Source of the DNA: Lingula anatina
Taxonomy: Eukaryota; Animalia; Brachiopoda
Assembly: GCA_051362555.1 (NCBI GenBank)
Contig: JBPQGU010000016.1
Location: 1,240,001 to 1,304,000, forward strand
Length of the DNA stretch: 64,000 nucleotides
Reading direction: 5' to 3'
The position numbers were made by a program, and so were the translations under genes. Shown here piece by piece: positions 35,768 through 48,078 of the stretch. The stretch's first letter is position 1, and the number at the start of each line of letters is the position of its first letter. The notes below the pieces were generated by a model. The model had not been told where the DNA came from, ran no database searches, and saw nothing but the letters and a program-made list of their open reading frames with translations.

Positions 35768-37452
35768 TCATGACTTGTTCTCCTTCTTGTTTTTATGTTT
35801 GTGATACACGTATCCTGCACCAGCGACCGCTGCAGCGCCAGTCAAACAAGCAGCTGCCCCTAGCCAAAAATTATCCGCCTGAAAAATCAAATGAATCAAT
35901 TAAACAAAATAATTGATTAAACAAATGAATGGATTAAATGAAAATAATTAAGATGTTACACATGAAATGAAAAAAAAATAAATAAATAATGTAGTTTTTT
36001 ATCAAACAAATAAATGATCTGTTTGAATATTTTTCCAGTCAAAAATTTAAAACAAACTTCACAATTACAATTAAACTTAATGTAACATTTACAAACTGCT
36101 CTAGATGTGACAGCAAAAATGTTCATTGCATTAGATGATATGTGACAGTGAGATATCTTTATTTTTTTAGATGCGACTGTGATCACATCATTAGTTATGA
36201 CAGCAGAATTGAATGATGTACTGCATGCCAGAACTCTCTGACTCTCTGAGTGCACATAAAGAACAGAAAACAAAAGCTGACAATAGATGAACGGAGAGGT
36301 ATATATATATATATATACCTGTTCACTCCATTCTACACCATATCTACACCAGGATGCAAAATGTTCGCAATTTTTCCAGAGGACATTGTATCCATAATCT
36401 CCCAGCTTTGACAGAGCCCTCTCCACGATCTCATCACATCTCGCAGGTCTGAAACAAGAGAATTTGGGTGTGAGATGAATTATCTGCTCACTTTAATATG
36501 GTCATAATTACATCTCAAACATTTTAGTTAGCATTGAGGAAAACATTATTTTTTCCCAAAAAAGTATTATGACTTATGAACAGTAAATAATTGAGCTGTC
36601 TTGAAAGAAAAGAAAAACATGAATAGTTCTATTATATCACCTTTTTATATTTACCAGTGGTCATCTAACATGTCTGTATTGGCATGGATGTGTTAATGCA
36701 TTGCAGTAGGGGCCTATCTTAACACCATTTACTTTTTTAAACATCAGTTTTCTAGTTGCACATCTTCACAAATTAAACAAAAAATGAATGAATAAATGAA
36801 TAAATATTTTATCAACATAATAATATCTACTAGTATTCTATCTACCACAAACATTTACCTGTGTTTGCGGTCTTTTCCATTGTTTTTGAATGCCTTACTC
36901 TCCCCCGCCACATCCCAGAAGGGAGAGATTAGAACAAAAGCCTTCTTTAATTGTACACCACAGGGGCTGCAGAACTTCCCTGGGTCACCTTTGCCATCTT
37001 TAATTCCATCATTTTCTCCAGTAATGTGAACCACTTGCTCATCACCTGAATGTAAATAGTAAAATTTTCTATCATTTAAGTTAATTTAAAATCTTTACTT
37101 TAAACCGTTCTATTTTGTGGTGTTGTAAATCTTTCCTTCTGACTCTTACGTGGTGTGTGAACTCCTGCAGTTGATTCACTACATTTACTGTGGACGTTAT
37201 GTTTCAGTTCATTTAAAACGTTTATTTTAGCTTCAGTCAGAGTCTACATGTAGGCCTACAATATTTGCACATTGCGTTAAATGACTTTTTAGTTAATGGC
37301 AACAAAATCTGGTGTCATTTTATCAGGAGTACAACCCCCAACTCACCTATATAAACAGCCCAGTGAGAGTACATCGGCCTGTGAAACTCTATCATGTCTC
37401 CCGGCTCAAGGGAATCTAACACTGTCTGGTTATGGCGTCGCACAACTGCCAT
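35768..37452 (-). CDS. PLAAT/HRASLS-family phospholipase A/acyltransferase, intact copy 4 (177 aa); exons 37347-37452, 36859-37045, 36319-36448, 35768-35878
   Basis: 106+187+130+111 nt gives 178 codons with GT-AG introns. [13 protein letters not shown] and NCEHF form the catalytic triad. C-terminal hydrophobic helix plus basic tail [11 protein letters not shown]. Confidence 0.93.
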
Positions 37453-37726
37453 ATTTCAACTATCCTAGGTAATTGTAGCAACAGCTTCTGATCCAAAATT
37501 TTCTATCAGTCAGCTAGAGGCTACGGAGAACGGTCTCGCGTACTCCTCGTTACTAACGATGTACTACGATTCGGAAAGATATATATACCCTTTGATATCA
37601 ATATCATGAAAGCAGCGGGAAATCTCACAGCTGCTGGAAGAACCATAATTTGATAAGCAGTTCGAGTACCCGACTTCAACACTCGTAATTGTCTCGTTGT
37701 TACCTTGGATATTTAACGACTGGTCA

Positions 37727-38422
37727 GGGGCCGGTTTCACAAAGCAGTAGTTAGTTAGCGATTGGTAGTTAGCCTCTCGCTAGTTATAGTGCCGTTTCAC
37801 GAAGCAGTCGCTAGTTCTCTCGCTCGTTATTGTCTCGTTGTTGCCTTGGATATTTAACGACTGGTCAGACCAGTCGCTAACTCTAGAGTTTCATCGTACG
37901 CATGCGTAATGAGTGAAATAAAAAGGTTGCTTAGTTACCGTTGTCTGTCGTCTTTGTATCCAATATGGCGGCTACCTTTCTTGCTATCCGTACCGCCAGA
38001 CGGCAACGTAGACTACGACGTTTTCATGAAAGGCAGAATCTATTAGAATATACACACGATGATGCAATTTACGAGAGTTTGTGCCTAGCTGTGACAAAAA
38101 GAGCGGCAAAAAGGTGGTGCAGATTCTTTACGACGACCTCAAAGCAGACGTTCTTATGCATTTCCAGCCACCAAAAATTGGAGAGTTAGTGCTTTCGTGA
38201 CACTTTTACGCAAGAATTCCACTTCCGGCAGACGGTTTCGAGATTACGGTGAGTAACGAGAGAACTAACGCCCGAACTTTACGACTGAACTTAGCGATAA
38301 GTTAACTACTGCTTCGTGAAACACTCCTCGAAAATCGCTAAGTTTGCTCGTTAGCGAGGTAGTTTAGTAGTGAGTGGGTAGTTAATTGTTCTAACTAACT
38401 ACTGCTTCGTGAAACCGGCCCC
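37727..38422 (+). mobile_element. PIF/Harbinger deletion derivative
   Basis: 32-bp TIRs GGGGCCGGTTTCACRAAGCAGTAGTTAGTTAG. Internal ATG at 37965 starts MAATFLAIRTARRQRRLRRFHERQNLLEYTHDDAIYE, resembling a Harbinger transposase N-terminus. No TSD visible. Confidence 0.8.
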
Positions 38423-38544
38423 AAATTTTTTGTCGATCAGCTTAGAGGTTACGGAGAACGGTCTCACTTTCTTCCCGTTACTAACGATGTCCTTCAATTC
38501 AGGAAGTTATATACCCCTTGATAACAATATTCATGAAAGCAGCG

Positions 38545-38659
38545 GGAAATCTCACAGCTGCTGGGTAAACCCTAATTTGATAGGTAGCCTAGTTCGCGTT
38601 CACTACAACGTAGGTCAGCCATCTTGGAATTTCCCGGACTATTATAAGCTCTGACGTCA
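38545..38659. promoter_or_regulatory. Second copy of the NF-kB/CRE module upstream of intact PLAAT copy 4
   Basis: GGGAAATCTC (38545-38554), GGAATTTCCC (38626-38635), TGACGTCA (38652-38659). Confidence 0.5.
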
Positions 38660-39144
38660 TCGGTAATTTTTGCCTGTAATTCGAAACCAGATCATAGGCA
38701 TACTTTGAATTATAAAGCTATTGTTCATTACTTTTATTCAGTGACTTATTTTGCGCCGACTTATTAGAATTGATTTGACATAGTAAATGAAAAAAAATCG
38801 AAAACGGGGAACGAAAAGAATAAATGATAAACGTTTTAAACCCCAATATAGAGGTGCATTTCATATGCTGAAGTGTCAAAAATGAATGTTCCCCAGAAAA
38901 AAAATCGCAGAATGTTTCATCTTACCCAAGCAGTTGGTGCAATAGAGAGACTAAATTAAACTTGAGGGGAGACTTGGAATATGGAACGCCATTCACGCAA
39001 AAAATGCAGACGTCAATTCAACAATCTATCGGCACTATTTATCAGTCAAAACCTACTTTAACTCTCTAAACTTAATTCTACTAAATTAGTTTTGGCCATT
39101 TTAATCATTCGTCAAAATCTAACAATCAATAAACGATTTAAAAG

Positions 39145-39220
39145 TCAGTTACCGCAACTCAACAATCAGTTACCGCAACTCAACAATCAGTTACAGCAAC
39201 CCAACAATCAGTTACTGCAA
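39145..39220. repeat. 21-bp tandem repeat (TCAGTTACCGCAACTCAACAA), about 4 units
   Basis: Direct reading. Confidence 0.9.
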
Positions 39221-39312
39221 ACGGTCATTCGCGGACTTAACACCAGATGGCGCGCGCGCACCGTCAGCGATATGAAACGTCCTTGACCTTTTCCATGTTT
39301 TCAATTCCGCAT

Positions 39313-39650
39313 AGCACGAACAATACGTGGTGCCTCGATTTGAAACCATACAGCTTTTGTGTTTTTAATCTCCAAATATTTAAAAAAATCAATAAAGCTA
39401 ATAAATAGGCCATCGACAAGAACCTATTATATCGTATCTTTTATATTGGTTATTATTACATATAACAATAATAAACGAGTCGCCTTTTGATGTACGCTTG
39501 GCTATAACCTCTATTAAAAAATATCCATTTTTATGAGATTCGTATTGTTTGGTTCCATTGCCTCGCTTTCAAAAATTAGAACAGGCGCTCCAAAATAATA
39601 AGACGAAGTTGAAATTTTTATATTGGCCGAGTTCGTCCCCGACTAGAATA
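39313..39650. mobile_element. Partial copy of the element at 2491-3395 / 41057-41802
   Basis: Colinear with 41057-41410. Confidence 0.8.
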
Positions 39651-39659
39651 AGGTTACAT

Positions 39660-39800
39660 GCCTATACGTCCCCGCACCGATACTCCCCTGCATCGATACT
39701 CCCCCGCACCGATACTCCCCCGCTTCTTTACATCCCCGCACCGATACTTCCCCCCACTGATACTCCCGCGTACCAATACTGCGCAAAAACACTACTCCCC
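39660..39800. repeat. Degenerate 16-17-bp tandem repeat (TACTCCCCCGCACCGA)
   Basis: Direct reading, about 7-8 units. Confidence 0.85.
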
Positions 39801-41056
39801 CAAAGCAAAGATTCCCTTGGCTTTGTAAACACAATTCGTGATTCAAAACCCTTATTATAATGCTTTTTTTTTCAAGATGCACCACCCTCTTGGGACCCAA
39901 AATTGACACATTTTATTCGAAATATATTGGGGAAAATAAAGAACGTTAGACGAAGTCGATTTCAGACTTTGTGTGCAGCTTGACAGTACGTAGGCCTACA
40001 GCTCTGCCTTGTGATTTTGAGAAATGTTTTTGCAAAATTAATATTGTTCTCCTACTGTAGTTACCGTATATATATTATACGCCCTTTTATTTATTTACTT
40101 AAGGCAAAGTTAGTTTTAATCTAAGATAACGCAGCTATGTCTTTTCTTCAGGCAACGATGATTTTGTAAAATAATTAAGTAATAAAAAAGCAGTGCTAAA
40201 GCGCTTCGTTTTCTGTCTTCTTCCTCCAACCCTTCTTTTCTGCTCTTTAAGCTTCTTTCCCTTGTCTTTTGGGGGCATATTAGAATCTGAATTGAGCAAA
40301 ATTCAAAATTTTTGAAAATTGTTGGACAACGAAATTAAAGAGACACGAGCATGCGTCGTGAGCGCACCTTTCATTCTCGCAGTCCCGCCTTGTTTTCGAC
40401 TTACTTTGTCATAGATGTGAGGGCGTGCGCCGTACTCAACACGCAAAGGGCACTTTCTCTTTCATTGCTTGCGACGTGCATCTTGGACCACATAAGTCTC
40501 ACTTGCAAACTCCTTGCGAAGGGAGCAAGTTACGCTTGCGGCCTCGCTGTTCGAAGATTATTTGTAGAATCTATTGGAAATGTTCAGTATCCTCCGTACG
40601 TGCTTACATACGTGCGAACTCGAAATTTCGCATAAAAGCCTTGCGTGGCACATGAGATTCTCCGCAAAATTTGGACTCAAACGGGTCGAAAGAGCCCGTG
40701 CGGCCGGTTGTGACCGAGACTAATGTGTTGTCGCCCAAGATTTTTGCGGCTTCTTTTGTACAATACCCTTATTTTCATATTGTATGTCGTGTAAATTTAA
40801 TCTAGACGTTTTTGGTTACTTAATGAATGAATTGCATGGATGATGGATCAATATATAGAGAGATGGATGGATGGAGAGACCGGTAGATAAAGAGAAAATC
40901 AGGTTGCCTAAAGCATCAAAATCTAAAACTGCTGGGCAGACAGAGATATAGGACACGGGGTACAGATTTGGTTTCAAATCTTTTCGGCTTGCAGGTTATA
41001 CTTTTTTATACTCCGATTAACCCTAACCTCTACTTTTCATATGGGAGACTAACCCT

Positions 41057-41802
41057 AGCACACGAACGATACGTGGTGCCTCGATATGAAACCAGACAAC
41101 TTTTGGGTTTTTAATCTCCAAAAACTAAAAAAAAAACAATTAAGCTAATTAATAGGCCAACGCTAAGAACGTATTATATTGTTTGTTTTATATTAATTAT
41201 TATTAAAGATCATAATAATAAACAAGTCGCATTTCGATGTACTCCATGCTATGATCTTTATTTAAAAATAGCAATTTTTACGAGATTACAAATTGTATCG
41301 TATTGTTTGGGCCCATTGTCTCGCTTCCAATAATTAGAACAGGCGCTCCAAAATCGTAAGACGAAGTTAAAACTTTTACATTGACCGAGTTCGCCCCCTG
41401 TTTAGAATATGCTCGCAGCATTATCTGCAGTTAACCTTTTTACGATTTTCAGTGTATTTTGCAATATAATTTTCAATCTGCCCGATGAAAAATTTTATTA
41501 ATCAAGAGTGGGGGAGGGGTGGAAAATCCCCTTGGGACCACATATAACACTATAAATGAGAAGGGAATTCCCCTTACAATGAAGACAAAATAAATGTTAA
41601 TCTAAGGAAAGTCCGATGGATTTGCTTTTTAATAAATACAATCAACAGAATATTTCTAATATAACCTCTCAAAACAACACCAGAAAGCAAATTAAATCAA
41701 ATCAACCAGACGGTAAACACCGGAAGGCTTTGTCAATTTCACCATTTGTTTATTTCAAACAGAGTACTTTTCGCGCATGCGCAGTAGTTTGAATCCTGTG
41801 CT
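41057..41802. mobile_element. Full inverted copy of the element at 2491-3395
   Basis: Reverse-complement homology end to end; AGCACA...TGTGCT termini. Confidence 0.85.
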
Positions 41803-42961
41803 CCCTAACCTTTACCATGCCTTTACTTACATGTATGATATGTTACACCGTCACACAAGCCTGTGTGTTTTCTGACAGATGCCCGTGTCTGGCAGTTTTG
41901 ACACCTGACAATGTGTTTTTATTTAATGATAATATTAAAACTGTTTCACTATAACCCTTCAGATCTTCAGGGCTGACCTATGACAATGTGTGAAAAATCT
42001 TTGCAAAATTGTATACGTAATTCAGTAGCTTGTGAACCGTTGAAGTTATTGAACTTTGAAATTGATATCCATTTTTTTAGCCACCCGATAGAAATCCTTT
42101 TGGTCAATAGCGTAGGGCATAAACCGATATTTAAATAGGCAATATTTATATTAATATAAATATTCCCATTGCCCCATTTCCTAATAAAGTACGACTGTAA
42201 GAAGACATTATATTGTTGTTTGACAAGTTGTGAAGTGTCTTTGAAATTTTAAATGAATAGAAATGCATTCAGTGCCTTATACATTTAACGACATCTAAAT
42301 ATATATTGATATCGGTATCGCAGTAAGCCTGGCAAAGTTTTATTAGTATAATGAAAGTTGATTTTTAATGCTAAGAGCTTGGAAGATCCCCCTATCCATA
42401 GTCATCTAAGAGACGAAAGAATGCCTTGTGTTCCATTTTCTAGAAGCACATTTATCAATGCAAAATTGTAAAACGGAAAACAAGTGCCGATTTGTGAGGT
42501 GGCCATTTTTCTGGTAGAAAATACTATAGTAGATGGGTGAGTTTGTGTGTGTGTGTGTGTGGGTCTTCCCCCATGATACCTCGATTTCGTCGGCGATTCA
42601 GAATATATGATCATAATTTATAAAACAACATAAATTGCACATTTAAGCTGTCTGGAAAGTGCTGCCCTTGGCGTCATATGAGTCACCTTGGATACTAAGG
42701 CCGACATGTACAACAGACTGCACACAGTTCGTTTTCTTAAAATCTGAAAATCTCGAAACTCGAAAAAAATCTTAAAAAACGATTTTTTTCTTGAGTATTG
42801 ATGGGAAATAATTAATGAGTTTTGGCTTATTCGAATAATTGCAGGAGTCAAACAAGTTTTACAGGCTCAAGGTGTTAAAGTAAGTCAAGTGCTGTAAGAT
42901 CATAACACACTACTCGGTGGAGTAAGCAGCAAATGTCTTTATTTATCATAAGAACGTTAAG

Positions 42962-44557
42962 CTATTCAGTAGTGCGAGATTCAACACGTGATGGTAACCG
43001 GCAAGATTTCAGTACCCTTCTTAGTTCTCTACGATATTTGGGCGCGCTGATGCAGTAGAGCCAAAAATTCACAGCGTGGTTGGCGTAAAACAAGAAAATG
43101 GCAATTGTGAAAACCCACTGATGAACACGACCGTACTTCCACAAATCTAGCACCCTCGTTTGTAAAAGATTATATGGCGTAACGAGGGCAACGTAGGAAA
43201 AAGTCACCACGAGTAACATTCTTTGCACTTGTTTTTGGCTTTTTTTCCGGACTTCATATTGGCTTGTATTGGCGTTTTGGGGGATGCCAGTTTCTGAGAT
43301 ACCCGTGTCATCATGGTCGGTGGAGCTGCTCGTGCCTGTCATTGTGTCCTGGGTTACGCTCACGTGATTGATTCTCAGCGCAGTAGACGACGCGTGCGCA
43401 TGGCGTTTGGTAGCCTTTCTGGTCTCGTAAATTATCGCGATATTTATAACTGGTAGTGAGATCAGGGGTATGATCCAGTACAAAGTAGCCCCAAGCCAGG
43501 AATGGATGTTTGCAAAGTATGCAACGTCCTTTCCCATCCTCTGCGCAGCGCGAGAATCATAATGTAAGAAATTCCAGCAAATATGTCTTTCGCATCCGGG
43601 CATTTCTTCAAAAGCCAAACCAGTCAGAATTATAGGAGAGTTAATGATAATTACGGCCAGAGCCACCGAGCACAGGACAATGCGCGTGTTTCGCACCGTA
43701 CACAAAGACTGTGCTTTGAAGGGGAATTTAATCTTCACATACCGCTCCGCGCTCATAATTGTCAAGAACAGCCCGCTCATTTCCGGAGTACAATACAGAA
43801 TAAACATGGTCAATTTGCATGTGGCTGCTCCATGGGATATTACATTAATTCCAATATCGTGCTCAAAAAGGAACATGTATCCATCCAGCAGCACTAGAGT
43901 GTCAGTGACGGCCACGGCGGTCATGTACAAACACGTTGTGTTGCGCCGCAGAGACTTGCGGTGGAAGACGGCTACGGATAACATGTTACACACGATTCCA
44001 ATGCTGTATACCATGACCCTGATAACCGCCCGGAAATGTATGAAGTCCTCGCTTGAGTCATCGAGGTACTGAGGAGAACTGCAGTTGGGAGCTGAATCAT
44101 TGCCATTGTTTGTCATATTCTGACTTTGAAGTGTTTTGTCGAGGACTTGATTCAACCGCGTGGCTCCGGAAATGTTGACAGCGTGGCCGCCATTTGTAGC
44201 AGATCTTTTTGTCTTTTCAAACAAGGGTATTATTCCCAGTCGAGTTTGTTCCGCGTGACGCACAATTAAGGGTTTAAAACTGAGAACTGCTTTTGCACCA
44301 GTTGTCTCAACGCAATCCCCTACTTGTTGGAAGATAAAAATGCACACCAATGCGCATGCCCGACTTAGTCCAAGTCTGGTCATTGTTGTGATGCAGACAT
44401 TAATTAGTAGCGACCTTGCATAATTGGATGGAAATGCAGATTTTACAACTCTCGATTTACAGCTTGACGTTTGTAAACCTGTGGAAAGAATAATAAAAAT
44501 ACATTGAACTACGAGTATTGTGTAAGTATGAACTGCAAAAAGTTGGTGTGTATGCAT
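42962..44557 (-). CDS. Rhodopsin-class (class A) GPCR, FMRFamide/peptide-receptor-like invertebrate group; single coding exon; alternative start at 44383
   Basis: Seven hydrophobic segments with GIVCN, VAVTD, SAERY, YWIIP, ALVTP and NHAVNFWLY motifs; N-glycosylation sequons before TM1. Possible 5' UTR intron 44628-45895. Confidence 0.92.
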   Translation of the reverse strand: MHTHQLFAVHTYTILVVQCIFIILSTGLQTSSCKSRVVKSAFPSNYARSLLINVCITTMTRLGLSRACALVCIFIFQQVGDCVETTGAKAVLSFKPLIVRHAEQTRLGIIPLFEKTKRSATNGGHAVNISGATRLNQVLDKTLQSQNMTNNGNDSAPNCSSPQYLDDSSEDFIHFRAVIRVMVYSIGIVCNMLSVAVFHRKSLRRNTTCLYMTAVAVTDTLVLLDGYMFLFEHDIGINVISHGAATCKLTMFILYCTPEMSGLFLTIMSAERYVKIKFPFKAQSLCTVRNTRIVLCSVALAVIIINSPIILTGLAFEEMPGCERHICWNFLHYDSRAAQRMGKDVAYFANIHSWLGATLYWIIPLISLPVINIAIIYETRKATKRHAHASSTALRINHVSVTQDTMTGTSSSTDHDDTGISETGIPQNANTSQYEVRKKSQKQVQRMLLVVTFSYVALVTPYNLLQTRVLDLWKYGRVHQWVFTIAIFLFYANHAVNFWLYCISAPKYRRELRRVLKSCRLPSRVESRTTE

Positions 44558-45822
44558 GTGTGTACACTGTATGCATATTTTCGTGATTGGCGTGGATGCT
44601 TGAGCGATATCAGGATATCATTCGAAACTGTAAGTAAACTGCTCGGGGTTGCAGATGACTTGCAGCTACTTCATTAATATACATTCACATATATGCACAA
44701 GACAACATGAATTGACATTTTAAAATATTTTTAAGAAGAGTCCAGTCTGAAACTTATACAAAATATTACCCAAAAACCCGCAATTATTCTACTTTATTTA
44801 AACTTTTTGATTTTCGTTAAGATGCTGTTCTTTAATAATGGCCAACTCAACCATGTAAGAATGGGCTACTTTTTCTTTTTGACTTTGCGCTTTCGGGTTT
44901 TTTTCGATTTCTGATAAGACGTTCGATAATAAATTACTCGACCCAGTTCGGCAATAAACTTACTTTAACCTACATAGAGTTAATGCAGATAAGGCAGTAA
45001 ATCTGTGTTCATTTTCCCTAATAGTTTCCCTGACAGTGGTCCGTATCCATCTCACATGGGACGGTTCCTGTGGCTCTATCACTTTTCAAACCCACTCTCC
45101 ACTGACCCCACTATACGACTATACCCTACCTTTGGTTCCTGAGTTCGGTATTGCCAGCTCGATCTTGATTTCTTATGTGACCCACATCAGCAATAGTCCA
45201 TAAAGTGTACCCGTGTAAATAGGAAGGGTATTGTGGACAAGCTAGCTTTATAATGCCATATGTCACTCAGGGTAGCTATACCCACTTCTAGTAAACTCTG
45301 GCAATAAAAAAAACTCCCCACCTGTTCTTACAAGCAGCTTTTTCACGTTTTCGTGGTCACGGAAAGGCCTGTCTCACAAATAGGGGGGTATCCTACAGAA
45401 AACCACCTTTTAACCCTGGTTTGACCATCATAAACATGCGTTAGTGTTGAATCACCATGCAGTAGCGAAAGTTACTGTAGACGTTTAGCGACTGCTTAGC
45501 TGTGAGATGAAACAGGACGCACAGCGTCACGTCTTCTTTAGAGCTTCATATTTGCTTAGTGATATATGTATGTAAGTGATAACGGCCTGATGAAGTCTCT
45601 TAATATTACGTGGTAGAGGAGAGAAGTGGAGGACGCGGGGACGACCGATGAATGTACGGCAGCAAACGCTGAAGTATGTATCATGCTGTGTAAATACGAT
45701 ACTTTCATAGTATCCGCTGTACTTGTACGTTGCTGAGATATATATGAAAAACTTCGATCGCTTTATCTCCCCACTTTCTCCTTGTCGCTGCCCGTCTGTT
45801 CACTGTGTGAGTGTGTGTGTGT

Positions 45823-45881
<59 letters not shown>

Positions 45882-46357
45882 ACAAATATACTCACCTCTT
45901 TTGGATTTCTGTTAAAAAAGTCCGAATTGACATCGAAATCACACAATCTGCATGTATAGCATGAAAAGCATTTAAGATGTCAACCTACGCACAAGGATGT
46001 TGAAACCAGCCGAGTCATTTAAAGATCATTTTAACGTTATTTTTGCTTCGACGTCAGATTTTCCTGTTTTGTTTTTTCTTTTCCTTTTATTCAAGCCAGC
46101 ACCACAACGATTTAATAATGCGCCCCCACAAAACCACATATGACGTTAACACCGATAATCGTACTGAGAGCTGAAAGCTTGCAATGAAAACTAAATTATT
46201 TTATAAAAAATAGGCAATATGCTTTGCATAAACCTTAAAGTTTAAATATTTATCGCTTGATGTTGTCTGAAAATATTGTGTTGTGAGTGAATAATATTCA
46301 GAATATTTTATGGACATAATAATAAATATATAAATAACGTACTGTATGAATTACTGC

Positions 46358-46404
<47 letters not shown>

Positions 46405-46784
46405 GTCTCCGATAATATTTGAATACAGCGTAAGTATTATATTTTGTAACGGAAAAAATGATAAATACCCTGAAACTTAACTAGGTCAGCCAATGATTTT
46501 ATTTTTTCACTTCTCTTCAAATGTGCCAGAGACTAAACCTTACACGGAAACAAAAAGTGTGCTATTTATAATAATTAGGTCAGAATACTTTCAAATGAGT
46601 TACTTGATGTTTCTTGTGAATAAACACCACAGAACCCTACAGATCACTAGTATCCCATCCTCGTTTTATGGAAATGGTAATAATATGTAAATAATAATAT
46701 TAAACCTAATATCCATTAAAAGTTAAAGCTGTCTCTACATAAAACAATGTATATAAACACAATTACCAATAAACAGTATGTGAA

Positions 46785-46797
46785 ATATATATATATA

Positions 46798-46887
<90 letters not shown>
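46785..46887. repeat. Compound (TA)n(GA)n microsatellite
   Basis: Direct reading. Other microsatellites: (ATT)n 14941-14987, (TA)n 30903-30946, (TG)/(AG) 45805-45880, (AAT)n 46358-46403, (GA)n 51668-51706, (TA)n 52243-52307, (AC)n 52531-52566. Confidence 0.95.
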
Positions 46888-46889
<2 letters not shown>

Positions 46890-48078
46890 ACCTTAATAGA
46901 CTAGGACATAATGCGGTAGAGGTGATACTTTACGGTCTGTGGGACAGGTTGAAGTTTCTGAGACTTGGCTGCGCTCGTTGAGACATCCAGAAATCCTGTA
47001 CTGTTTTAATTGCAAACCAAAGTGTTCAACATATAACACTTACACGTACCCAACAATTTATCCATTTGAAGCTCGCTCGATTGAAGGCCTATTTGTCCGA
47101 CTGCCTCAATACTACTCACGATAAGCGAATTAATGAATGTTAAACCTTAAGTATCACAATACAACATTTACAGCAGGCCCAGTGCGCGTCACTCAAAAGT
47201 ATATCTATCTTCCATACGCTGTAAAAAAATCTAGTTTATACTCTCTTACTACTAGGCCAGTTGCAATCAGTGCACAACTATTAAGTATGTCACTAGGCCA
47301 GTTGCAATCAGTGCACAACTATTAAGTATGTCACCATGTCTGCTATTGTACATAGATATCGCGCCACATTGCTGATTTAAAAGATGACTTTGAAGTCTCC
47401 TTGAACACTGAAAACCCAGGTGTATATGTCACCAGAGACATTATATCTATAAGGCGACTGCCACCAAGAGAAATATAGCTGGAGAGAAGAGAGGTAAGCC
47501 TTAGTACTAATTTGTTGTTATATAATAATGGGAATATAATTTGCCTGTTAGCGAACTGTGTCCCTGTAGGGTGGTAAAACATAACAAAACACAATAAGCA
47601 TAAAACTGTTTGTTCTCGAGTTCGAGTTGTGGCACTTGCTCGTCACGTACATGTACCTACCCTGTGGTGCTTCGGTTACAACCGTATTTTAGATTTTATA
47701 TCCCATTTCAAATTTCAGTTTATTCCATTATTCACTTTACATATGAAAGACGTGTTTAATTACATATTTATTCATATAGTGTTATTTTCACTCCGTCTTT
47801 CTATTTTCAGTTTATTTTTAATCATTTACTTTGTGTTTTCATTCCTACTGCACTCATTTCCATCTTGGCGATAAAAAACTATTGTCACGTACACCCAATA
47901 GAGAGGCTTACGGTGTCCTCCTCAAGTAATGAAGACTTTTCATAACTTTTCTTTATTAAGCACCAAAGTGCATACCTTATACTACGTGTATCTAAATATA
48001 GCTAGATGATATGTATTTACCTCCAAACCAACTCTTTGTCTTTTATTTCTCTTCTTTAAGGTAATGGTCCTAGAAACC

